Shown piece by piece: positions 28,066 through 36,894 of a stretch of 56,465 nt of DNA. The notes below the pieces were generated by a model that was not told the origin of the DNA, ran no database searches, and saw nothing but the letters and a program-made list of their open reading frames with translations. This DNA comes from a virus (Duplodnaviria; Caudoviricetes): positions 1 to 56,465 of the IMG/VR virus record IMGVR_UViG_3300032093_012241. One strand, written 5' to 3'. Position 1 is the stretch's first letter; each line of letters begins with the position of its first letter. Position numbers and translations under genes: made by a program.

Positions 28066-28608
28066 ATGAAAACATTATTAAACACAATTACTCAGGACGA
28101 GAAAAAAAGAATTTTAGAAATGCATAAAAATGCGACTAAAAGGAATTATTTGCAGGAACAAGGTGATGTTACCAATCCTACCACATCTACAACTAATTCA
28201 CAAACACCACAACCTAATATATTAAGTTTAAAAACAGATAAAAAACTTTACAATAAGTTTATAACTTTAGATGAAAATGATCAAAATAAAATAAGAGAAT
28301 TTTTTACGAATCCCACAGGATCTGATTGGAAAAGTGTGGCGCCATTTCCACTTATTGGTATAGTTCAAGAAACTTTGATTAAATATGCAAATGCTGGCGC
28401 GACACCTAAACAAATTCCGTTTTTGGAAGTTGCAAATAAAACAGAGAGATCTAAATCATATTGGATTGATCCAAAAACAAATCAAAAAAGTAAAGATTCA
28501 AACTATAATGTAATATTTTCACAAAATTCACCATACAAACTCGTACAAATAGCGAATAAGGCCTTTGATAAATTTTTCAATTATAAATTAACAAAAACAT
28601 TTACTTAA
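28066..28608 (+). CDS. Putative head-packaged protein
   Basis: Leader MKTLLNTITQDEKKRILEMHKNATKRNYLQE then a T/P linker. Confidence 0.7.
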   Translation: MKTLLNTITQDEKKRILEMHKNATKRNYLQEQGDVTNPTTSTTNSQTPQPNILSLKTDKKLYNKFITLDENDQNKIREFFTNPTGSDWKSVAPFPLIGIVQETLIKYANAGATPKQIPFLEVANKTERSKSYWIDPKTNQKSKDSNYNVIFSQNSPYKLVQIANKAFDKFFNYKLTKTFT

Positions 28609-29092
28609 ACTTAAAAATAGTAAAAAGATTATAAAAAAGGGACGATAGTCCCTTTTTTTGTTTTACCACTTCCACTTTATTAGTGAAAAATCCAACCATT
28701 TTATTATTTTCAGGTTCTGTTTTTATAACAATTAATCCCATATCACCAAATATGTTTAATTTAAAGTAATATTGGTAAATTCCTTTATTTGTGATATCCA
28801 CCTGAACCACTAAACCATCTGAGTTTTCAGTATAATTCAGAACATCATAGATTTCTTCAACACCATCGTAATTTACGTAACTGAAAATTCCATTGGTTTT
28901 ATCAACAGTATATAAAGTGTTAGCTTTATATTTTAGAGAGTCGTATTCTATAAGCGAGGAATCTATTGATTCTTCTAATGTCTTGCCTACCGGATATCTA
29001 AAATATTTCATGTCGGTCATTCTATAATTAACAGTTTGACTAATCAATACTGACACGAAAAAAACAAATATAACAGTTAGGAGAGTTTTCAT
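28601..29092 (-). CDS. Secreted protein (paralog A)
   Basis: Signal peptide followed by Q; MTD..F.YP and VGFFTN shared with paralog B. Confidence 0.75.
   Translation of the reverse strand: MKTLLTVIFVFFVSVLISQTVNYRMTDMKYFRYPVGKTLEESIDSSLIEYDSLKYKANTLYTVDKTNGIFSYVNYDGVEEIYDVLNYTENSDGLVVQVDITNKGIYQYYFKLNIFGDMGLIVIKTEPENNKMVGFFTNKVEVVKQKKGLSSLFYNLFTIFKFK
28633..28659. terminator. Bidirectional intrinsic terminator
   Basis: AAAAAAGGGAC-GATA-GTCCCTTTTTTT. Confidence 0.9.
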
Positions 29093-29097
29093 AGTTT

Positions 29098-29133
29098 TTA
29101 AAGGTTTATACTACAAATATACAAAATTATTGA
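29098..29133 (-). repeat. Promoter-containing direct repeat, copy 1
   Basis: TTAAAGGTTTATACTACAAATATACAAAATTATTGA; contains TATATTTG on the minus strand. Confidence 0.8.
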
Positions 29134-29570
29134 TTCACTTTAACGTCATTTGTGAAGTAACCGACAACATATCCATCTTTTGTTTTGTGACGACTTCTAA
29201 CAATCATGGACATTTTATCATTAATGTTTTCAGCAATTAAAAAATTAAAAAACACTCCTTGTTCTGTCAAAATATCGCAATCTATTTGATCATATTGTGT
29301 ATTATAAGCAATAATTTTGTTTCTAACTCTATGCCCATTTGGATAAGTGATAAACATTACGTTGTTATCAAAATTGAAACTAATCTTGGTATTACAGTTA
29401 AGTTCAGTCTTACCAAATACAATTAAATTACTGTCTCGAGCATCTCCCATCGTAGATAAAGATGGATATTTGAAATTAGTTGAATCTGTCATTGTAAGAT
29501 TCAAAGTTTTAATTTGTGCGTTAGAGATAAAAGATACAAGAATAAACAAAAAAGAAAAAATGGTTTTCAT
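29127..29570 (-). CDS. Secreted protein (paralog B)
   Basis: Signal peptide ending SNA-Q; MTDSTNFKYP and VGYFTN. Confidence 0.75.
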   Translation of the reverse strand: MKTIFSFLFILVSFISNAQIKTLNLTMTDSTNFKYPSLSTMGDARDSNLIVFGKTELNCNTKISFNFDNNVMFITYPNGHRVRNKIIAYNTQYDQIDCDILTEQGVFFNFLIAENINDKMSMIVRSRHKTKDGYVVGYFTNDVKVNQ

Positions 29571-29582
29571 GATTAAAAGGTG

Positions 29583-29620
29583 TTAAAGGTTTATACTACA
29601 AAGATACAAAAATTATTTGA
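29583..29620 (-). repeat. Promoter-containing direct repeat, copy 2
   Basis: TTAAAGGTTTATACTACAAAGATACAAAAATTATTTGA; contains TATCTTTG on the minus strand. Confidence 0.8.
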
Positions 29621-30512
29621 TTTCAAAGAAAAAGTTATCAATTTTTCCCTGTAAATCACAAACGTCTTGATTATCAGGTAATTTAATTATTTTTATTTTT
29701 CCAAACAATCTACCCCCATTTAATTCGTGAAATAGTTTGATACCATTTTTCCAAGCATCTCCATCCAAAGCTATGATTATGTTACCATTCGCTTTTTGAT
29801 ATAAGGTATCAAAAAGTAGTTGTGACATAGTTTTTCCAAGCATTGGTATTGAATTTGGTAGAAATACCGCATCAAATGCTCCCTCACATATATAAATATC
29901 TTTATCCCAATCAATTAAACTTTCATTAAATATTATTTTATCTTTTTCTGCTTGTGGATTTTTATACTTTGATCTTGTAGTTTTATTCCAAGATCTTGCA
30001 ATAAAATAATTTGCATTACCTTGACTATCAAAGGAGGGTATTATTATTCTTCCAATAAAATCCCCTTTATCACAAAAACCTATCTTATATTTTTTTATAA
30101 TATCATTTGTGATATTTCTTTCTTTAAGATATTTTATAGCTTGTTTATAGACAGGATATATGGGGTTTGAATCTTCAAACAATGTATAACCTTCAGGTAA
30201 TCTGAATTTTGGTTTTTTTATTTCTTGTTTTTTTTCTTCTTCGGGTTTAAAAAGTGTATAAATTTTCTTTTGTTTTTTGGTTCCGAATTCATCTATTAGC
30301 TTTCCTAAAGGTCCGTGAGTTCCGTTTGAATCGGAGCAAGCCCAGCACTTATATACGTGTTTTAATACATTTACCTCTAGGTTACCTTTGTTTTGCCCTT
30401 GATCACAATATGGACAGTTAAAGGAATATTGACCTTTGGATTCATAATGAAGTTTTTCTTTACCCAAAAAACTTCTTACAATATCAACAACTATGTCTTG
30501 TTCGTCTTGCAT
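29613..30512 (-). CDS. dnaG: DNA primase (Zn finger + TOPRIM)
   Basis: CPYC..CWAC, YLKERNI, RIIIP, KYKNP, ICEGAFDA, LDGD; likely start MQDEQ at 30512. Confidence 0.9.
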   Translation of the reverse strand: MQDEQDIVVDIVRSFLGKEKLHYESKGQYSFNCPYCDQGQNKGNLEVNVLKHVYKCWACSDSNGTHGPLGKLIDEFGTKKQKKIYTLFKPEEEKKQEIKKPKFRLPEGYTLFEDSNPIYPVYKQAIKYLKERNITNDIIKKYKIGFCDKGDFIGRIIIPSFDSQGNANYFIARSWNKTTRSKYKNPQAEKDKIIFNESLIDWDKDIYICEGAFDAVFLPNSIPMLGKTMSQLLFDTLYQKANGNIIIALDGDAWKNGIKLFHELNGGRLFGKIKIIKLPDNQDVCDLQGKIDNFFFEIK

Positions 30513-30517
30513 CTTAA

Positions 30518-30581
30518 CAAAGATAATACAAAAATTAAAACCAATCAATATTCACAACTTTCCATAAAATTCTATATTTAT
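30518..30581. promoter_or_regulatory. Divergent promoters: TATCTTTG (minus) and TATTTAT (plus)
   Basis: CAAAGATA at 30518-30525; TATTTAT at 30575-30581. Confidence 0.6.
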
Positions 30582-30596
30582 TAAACAAATTTAATT

Positions 30597-30833
30597 ATGC
30601 CAACAAATATTGTTATTAGTGGTGTTACTGGTCTTTCTCCTTATAATGTTTATGTTTGTGACACATCTACAGTTAATTGTACGTGGATCACACAATTCAC
30701 ATCTTCGCAAATTCCATATACATTCGAATTACCATACATTTATTCCTTTTTACCTGATTTTGCAGTAAAGGTAATTGATAATAACGGATGTTTTGTGGTA
30801 AAATTAAGCGGCACAACTTACCCTGAATGTTAA
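30597..30833 (+). CDS. Small Cys-rich putative tail accessory protein
   Basis: ISGVTGLSPYNVYVCD domain shared with the N-terminus of 36145-36894. Confidence 0.7.
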   Translation: MPTNIVISGVTGLSPYNVYVCDTSTVNCTWITQFTSSQIPYTFELPYIYSFLPDFAVKVIDNNGCFVVKLSGTTYPEC

Positions 30834-30844
30834 AATAAAAAAAT

Positions 30845-31477
30845 ATGGATTATTGTCTTTCAACTTACTACGGAATTTACTCTCAATACGATGGAAATTA
30901 TTATTCTGCCGGAACATATGACGGTAATTCATATTATACGGGAGATAGTGTAACTACAGCTTACATATATTATAACACAGGTCAAACAAGATGGTGTTTA
31001 TCAACATCTTTAGGGGGTAGCTGTATTTTATTCGGAGGAAATAGATGTCAAAGTTTGTCACCAAATTTATCTGAAGAATTTTTTAATTCTGGCCTATGTT
31101 TGACTCCGACTCCAACACCCACAATAAATTGTAGTGTGCTTGATTTTGATGCGTTTTTTGATTGTGATATTGTACCTCCAACACCTTCGGTAACTCAAAC
31201 AATGACACCGTCTCCCACATCAGGTTACACATACCCAACTAATACGCCAACGATGACAAATACGCCAACACCTTCTGGCGATATTTGCGGTAATGTAAAT
31301 TTTTGTTTTGTAGTTCAAAATGTTTCTCCAACACCAACACCTACACCTACTATGACCCCTTCTAGCGCGGCCGCTAGAAATACACCGGCTGACGGTGTTG
31401 TTACATTTACAACAATTGATTCAAACTTTATTTGCCCTCCTCAAGTTGGATCTTCATCGACTCAAATACTACCGTAA
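30845..31477 (+). CDS. Cys-rich, Pro-Thr repeat putative tail fibre accessory protein
   Basis: Several TPTPTP tracts; composition like the structural module. Confidence 0.7.
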   Translation: MDYCLSTYYGIYSQYDGNYYSAGTYDGNSYYTGDSVTTAYIYYNTGQTRWCLSTSLGGSCILFGGNRCQSLSPNLSEEFFNSGLCLTPTPTPTINCSVLDFDAFFDCDIVPPTPSVTQTMTPSPTSGYTYPTNTPTMTNTPTPSGDICGNVNFCFVVQNVSPTPTPTPTMTPSSAAARNTPADGVVTFTTIDSNFICPPQVGSSSTQILP

Positions 31478-31479
31478 AT

Positions 31480-32085
31480 CTATTTCCAAAGATTTTCTTG
31501 TTTCATATACCCCAAACAACAAGTATATGCATCTGACATATCAAAATTTTCTTTTTTAAGTGTTTGATTTTTGGTATATAACCATTTAATCTGAGGTTCT
31601 TTTTGAGCCACCAAATTCCAAATTATCATTTTTTTATCAACATCTCTTGGTAACCCCCCAAATAATACAAATTTTTTCTTATCATTTTCTTTTACAAGAT
31701 CAGGAAATGCAAATTTTCTTGAATTATATGTTGAAATATATTCGGGAACAATTCCTAATGTATTATAAATTTCTTTTGATATAAGGGTATTAAACCTCAG
31801 AAGTGTTTGTATGGTATAAACATTATTTGAATTGAGAAGTGGTTCTTCTATAATAACTTTTGTAATACCTAAATTTTTATAGTCATCTAACTTTTGTCTA
31901 AAAATTTCAGATTTTAAAAAAAGTTCCTTGATTTTATTATCCTCTTTTGGTTTTGGTACTGGTGAGATATGAGTTAATTCTAATAATTCTCCACTGATCA
32001 TGTCAAAAAGCGCCCATCCGATTGTTCGTGTTGATACGTCTAAACCCAAAACTTTTGGGTTATTTTTAATTTGTTTCTTTACCAT
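31480..32085 (-). CDS. ruvC: RuvC-like Holliday junction resolvase
   Basis: VLGLDVSTRTIGW, VIIEEP, FDMSDAY. Confidence 0.8.
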   Translation of the reverse strand: MVKKQIKNNPKVLGLDVSTRTIGWALFDMISGELLELTHISPVPKPKEDNKIKELFLKSEIFRQKLDDYKNLGITKVIIEEPLLNSNNVYTIQTLLRFNTLISKEIYNTLGIVPEYISTYNSRKFAFPDLVKENDKKKFVLFGGLPRDVDKKMIIWNLVAQKEPQIKWLYTKNQTLKKENFDMSDAYTCCLGYMKQENLWK

Positions 32086-32131
32086 ATATTAACTATGGTA
32101 ATATAAACTATTTAATAGTCAATAATTTATA

Positions 32132-34396
32132 TTAAAAGTCGAATTTGACAAGGAATTGCTGTAGACTTTGTCTTTTAATTGGTGACTGCAATTTTGATAT
32201 CGCCATAAGATTTTTTTTGTCATCCAAAAGTGCAATTTCTGTTATATAAGAATCTGTTCCTGATGTCCAAGTCGGATTTGATGTAAATGTAAATTCGTTT
32301 TGACTTAAATTACAAAGATATCTCATTTCATAAATTGAAGCTTGTATTTCTGTCTCTAAATTACCATAAAAATAATACTCATCTCCGAAGTTTAATGTAA
32401 GACCGGTTTGACCAACTTGTGGTAATAAAATGTTATCGTTTAAATTATATGTTGTAGCAGCATTATAAAGTGCATCGGTAATAACAAAAGTTGTACCTGT
32501 TAATCCTTGTATTGTTAAAGTTCCTCCTGATATTTGGTTTGTAACATTAATTTTTCTCCATAAAGTCGGATCTGGTCTTCCTGTTCCGTTAACCCTTTGA
32601 CATAAAATTTCAATTGAAGAATAGTATGAAGATATATCAGGAATACATCCAAATTCATTTCCAAACGTTACAGTTACGTTTTGTGAGGTTGAGTTACAAC
32701 TTTCATTTGGACCTTGTATTATCTGATAATAATTATTATGTAATGAATTGGTAAACCCAACATTACTATTTAATCTATATGTCACGTGCATATATTGAGT
32801 ATTACCCGTTAAAACACCTTGCTGCGACCCATCAGGAGTTAATAACGCAACTCTTGGGGCCGGCATTGTCCAATTGCGATTTGACTTATATGACATCGCA
32901 GCGATTATCTCTTCATCATCAATAACAATTGTATGTAAATCAGGAAATACTTTACCTATTCTATTTGGATAACCATCAACATTCGGATTTGTATCCCATA
33001 AATGATAATACCTATGTCCAGGATGATTCATATCATTATTTAAATTTGATGTTAGATAATGCTCCTCAAATAAGTTCAAACCATCAAAACCTGCAGGATC
33101 AACATAAAAAGTTTGTCCGCTACAACATCCATAATCTGACTTATGCCACTGAATTGTTGGTAAGTGTAATCTGAAATTTCTTGCCATACCAACAGTATTG
33201 GTTACATTATCAGGATCAAAAGGTTGTAATGCAAATTTTTCACCATAAACAAAATCTATTGTGTTATTTGTGTAATGTATTATAGCAATTGCTTTTTGTT
33301 CTTTTCCCGTTACAGTAATTTTATCTCCTAAAGAATTGTAATAATATACCGAATCGCTATCCGTCTGTCCTGTGCTATTACTATAACCGAAATATTCTTT
33401 ACTACCAAGATAATTTACAGATCCAAATGTTGTATAATCTTTATAAACTGAACCATTAAGTCCTGCGGGAGATTCACTCCAAGGAATATTCATATTCCAT
33501 ATATTAACATTAAACATGTCAATATCGCAAACTGATTGAAAATTTAAAACATCTTGGTTCCAGTGCGGCTCGGGAGTTTGACTGTCATAAATTACTGTCA
33601 TTCCTGATGGATAAATTAATGCTCTAGCGTCACCAATAATACCAAGTGTTAAAAAATTCGGTAAATACCTATCCAAAGTTAATGTTAAACCCGTAAAAGA
33701 CACAATACGGTATGTTAATATAGGGTAACAACTTTGGATCGATAAAAAACAGGATCTATCTGTTGGCGGTAATGGTGGGCATGGATCAAAAGTTGAATAT
33801 GGTGAGGTGCAAGTTCCTGATGTTGGCGTATAATCACAATTACAAATAGAAGAATTTGTTTGATCAAAATATAGTGTAATAAAATCTCCCGCAGAGAAGG
33901 ACATTGTGGTTGCTGTGTTACAAACAGATGATATTAAAGTTATTTGGTTATTCGCGTTCCCTAACAAATTCATATCAACGTAATAATTCGCAGTTTTTAC
34001 ATATTCAGATCCTGTTCTAGCACTCCAAGATGTTGGTATCGTTGATGTATCGGCACTAAAAAATCCTCTCATAGGAGCAACATTATATATATTACTAACA
34101 ATAGAATCCATAAAAGGAATACCATATGTGCTTCCTGCACTTCCATCAACATAATATGGATATTTTACATTTTGAAAATTTGATGCCGGCGCTGCCGCGC
34201 TATTTTGTGAATTAAACGCCGGTTCTAATACCATACCATTTGGGTGGTAAAAATTTGGTATCGCATTGTAAGAAACCTCGCTATCTCCAATTTGGAAATA
34301 ACTTATATTAAAATTACCCTGAGACATTTTTTCTCGTCCCGCATCTGTAATTCTTGTATTAATTAACGCCGATGTATTTTTTAATATGTAAGCCAT
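32132..34396 (-). CDS. Tail/baseplate structural protein
   Basis: N-terminal ITDAGREKMSQG..ISYFQIGD and C-terminal YITEIALLD..LMAISKLQSPIK pattern of phage tail-collar/baseplate proteins. Confidence 0.7.
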   Translation of the reverse strand: MAYILKNTSALINTRITDAGREKMSQGNFNISYFQIGDSEVSYNAIPNFYHPNGMVLEPAFNSQNSAAAPASNFQNVKYPYYVDGSAGSTYGIPFMDSIVSNIYNVAPMRGFFSADTSTIPTSWSARTGSEYVKTANYYVDMNLLGNANNQITLISSVCNTATTMSFSAGDFITLYFDQTNSSICNCDYTPTSGTCTSPYSTFDPCPPLPPTDRSCFLSIQSCYPILTYRIVSFTGLTLTLDRYLPNFLTLGIIGDARALIYPSGMTVIYDSQTPEPHWNQDVLNFQSVCDIDMFNVNIWNMNIPWSESPAGLNGSVYKDYTTFGSVNYLGSKEYFGYSNSTGQTDSDSVYYYNSLGDKITVTGKEQKAIAIIHYTNNTIDFVYGEKFALQPFDPDNVTNTVGMARNFRLHLPTIQWHKSDYGCCSGQTFYVDPAGFDGLNLFEEHYLTSNLNNDMNHPGHRYYHLWDTNPNVDGYPNRIGKVFPDLHTIVIDDEEIIAAMSYKSNRNWTMPAPRVALLTPDGSQQGVLTGNTQYMHVTYRLNSNVGFTNSLHNNYYQIIQGPNESCNSTSQNVTVTFGNEFGCIPDISSYYSSIEILCQRVNGTGRPDPTLWRKINVTNQISGGTLTIQGLTGTTFVITDALYNAATTYNLNDNILLPQVGQTGLTLNFGDEYYFYGNLETEIQASIYEMRYLCNLSQNEFTFTSNPTWTSGTDSYITEIALLDDKKNLMAISKLQSPIKRQSLQQFLVKFDF

Positions 34397-34423
34397 TTAT
34401 ATCTAAATATCTTAAAATTGGTT

Positions 34424-36106
34424 TTATGGGGTAAAAACTTGACTGTTAAATGTTGTTGTCATTTGTGTTGATTGAGGAAGTCCTGTAACATTACAGCACG
34501 AACACCCTGATTTACTTGAACTCACGATCTGTACTTTATCTAATGAAACCACATAACATGGAATTCCAGGATGCGTTTGTCTATTAACTTGAACTATTAT
34601 TGACCCTGTTATAACGTCATTGCCTGATATTGTGATAGGTTGATAATTAGTTGTGGTTGCTGTAGTATATTCTAATACCCCTGGACCACAACTTAAAGCG
34701 GGTACAGGTGATGGTGTGAATGTTGAAACAGTATTTATTAAAGTTAATGGGGAACCATTTTTCAAAATTAAAGTGGTAGTAGTTCTTGATCCCTTTGTTG
34801 GGCTATTCGTTACTTTAAAGTCATTAACATGCGCTAAATTGAATGTTATTTGTGTTCCTGCAGGTAAAGTTGTTACTGGTTGTGACTGTGAATTCAATAC
34901 TTGTATTGTGAAATCCAGTCTTTGTACTTCAGAATTAGGTGTAGCAGATATCTGCGTAATATTTGATGTAATAGCAAGTGTATATATCGTTTGGGTAGGA
35001 GCTGGAGGTATAGTTACGGTTTGGGTAAGTGTAGTCAGTGTTGAGTCTTGTACCCAAATATTATAAGACCCACTAACTAAATTATTAAAAATTGGTGAAG
35101 TTTGTGTTGATGTCCCATTATTAATTGAATATAAAACGGGTTGTATGGCATTTATAGTATTTATCGTAATTGACCCTGAGTTTGGTTGCGCACTACAAAG
35201 TGGGGCTGATATAGTAGGATTTGATAGTGTCATAGTCGGGGCAACACAAGGGCCATTTGTAACTGTATATTGAGCCCCTGCATTATAACCCACAACAGTA
35301 TATGTTCCTAACGGTGATAAAGGATTTAGGTTATATATAAAATTACCAGCAAAAGTATTAAAATTAATTTGCCAAGATGGTTGTGGTGTAAGTGACCATT
35401 GTAATGTAAACGTATCTGAAGACCACGTAAATTTACCGTTAACAATGTTTTGAGTAGGATATAAAGGGTATTGGGTTGTAGTTTGAGTAGAAGGACCGCC
35501 TCCAATCTGACCCACAGATTCAATTGATGTCAAACATAATGTTTGTGTATTGACTGGAATAGGAGTCGGAGTTGGTGTTAAAGTAGGTGTTGGCGTAGGA
35601 GTTAATGGTGGTAATGAACATATAGTAGTTGCTGTAAAATCAGGGCCGCTATTTGGCCAATCAAAATCTGTAACAGTTATCGTATAATTTTGACCACGAA
35701 CCGCATTGGATAAAGTAGAGCCCAAATAACCGTTTGACCAAGAAATTTTATAAGGGGGGGTTCCCCCCGATACATTAATTGTAATACTTGAGTTATTTAT
35801 GTTGGGATTACAACTTATTTCCAAAGGTAATATTGTAACAATATCACATTCATTTGTTGCTGTTACTCTAATACAAGGATAGGTTTGATTACAATTCGAG
35901 CAATCTGAATACATTGTTAGTGTCGCTTGTGATGAAGAATATATCGCCGAATTAGGTAAAAGTTCAAAATTTTCGATTATTTCAGTACACCCTGAAAAAG
36001 AGTTTGGTATCTGTACATAAAAATAATCTCCAATAGGAAGTGACATAAAATTTACGATTGTAAATGTTATATTAGGATCACAACATGATTTAAAATATAC
36101 TTGCAT
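34424..36106 (-). CDS. Tail fibre/adhesin-like protein with SprB-like repeats and PT linker
   Basis: SGGTPPYKISWSNG...YTITVTD; FNNLVSGSYNIWVQD; PTPTPT. Confidence 0.65.
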   Translation of the reverse strand: MQVYFKSCCDPNITFTIVNFMSLPIGDYFYVQIPNSFSGCTEIIENFELLPNSAIYSSSQATLTMYSDCSNCNQTYPCIRVTATNECDIVTILPLEISCNPNINNSSITINVSGGTPPYKISWSNGYLGSTLSNAVRGQNYTITVTDFDWPNSGPDFTATTICSLPPLTPTPTPTLTPTPTPIPVNTQTLCLTSIESVGQIGGGPSTQTTTQYPLYPTQNIVNGKFTWSSDTFTLQWSLTPQPSWQINFNTFAGNFIYNLNPLSPLGTYTVVGYNAGAQYTVTNGPCVAPTMTLSNPTISAPLCSAQPNSGSITINTINAIQPVLYSINNGTSTQTSPIFNNLVSGSYNIWVQDSTLTTLTQTVTIPPAPTQTIYTLAITSNITQISATPNSEVQRLDFTIQVLNSQSQPVTTLPAGTQITFNLAHVNDFKVTNSPTKGSRTTTTLILKNGSPLTLINTVSTFTPSPVPALSCGPGVLEYTTATTTNYQPITISGNDVITGSIIVQVNRQTHPGIPCYVVSLDKVQIVSSSKSGCSCCNVTGLPQSTQMTTTFNSQVFTP

Positions 36107-36144
36107 TAAATATTTTTATTTATAAGTATTTTATTTTTTATTAT

Positions 36145-36894
36145 TTAACAAGAATTAATTTCTGTACAATCAGAACAAGTTTTCATTTCAGGAAACGGAT
36201 ATAATAATGATAAGTTCGTATTTGTTGTAAAATCCCAATCTGACTGATGATATGTTTGATCAGGAGTTTGAAAATTACTAATTACCACTGTACATCCCGT
36301 ATATCCTGTACCTGTTCCTATACCTGATGGGGGTATATTCACATACCAAGAAACATTAGGTTGAAAATATGTCGATTGAAATAATTGATCAAAAGTGAAT
36401 GTATAGTTACTACAACAAGCACTAAAATATGTTGGAGCAACTATATCAAAACATTCTTGACAATTACCAAAATCTTCAATTATTGTTATATCTTCAGAAG
36501 TTTGATTTGTAAATTGATACCCCGAATACTGCCAACATTTATTGTAACCTAAAAGGATAACTGATTTCCCAATCTCAAGATCTACTTCATTTTCTGTATA
36601 GATACAATTTGAAAAATCGCTACAATCGCAAAATGTATGAAGTACGTTGCCAAAATAAGAACATATAACATTTTCCTCTTTTTCACATCCTGAGTTAATA
36701 CCAACTATTTTTACATTAACTGCAGGTGCTCCGCTAAAAAAATCAGGTAACGGAAAAACATCAATAGGAGGTACTGTATTTGTAATTGTCTTTACAAATT
36801 GACAGTTGTTACCTAAAAAGTCACAAACATATATTTCATAAGGTGGCGTATATCCTGTTATTGATGATAAAATTATATTTTTCATGGCGGACAA
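36145..36894 (-). CDS. Cys-rich putative tail fibre accessory protein
   Basis: Repeated CxxC modules; SACC..TFT motif shared with KSCC..TFT in the next gene. Confidence 0.65.
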   Translation of the reverse strand: MSAMKNIILSSITGYTPPYEIYVCDFLGNNCQFVKTITNTVPPIDVFPLPDFFSGAPAVNVKIVGINSGCEKEENVICSYFGNVLHTFCDCSDFSNCIYTENEVDLEIGKSVILLGYNKCWQYSGYQFTNQTSEDITIIEDFGNCQECFDIVAPTYFSACCSNYTFTFDQLFQSTYFQPNVSWYVNIPPSGIGTGTGYTGCTVVISNFQTPDQTYHQSDWDFTTNTNLSLLYPFPEMKTCSDCTEINSC

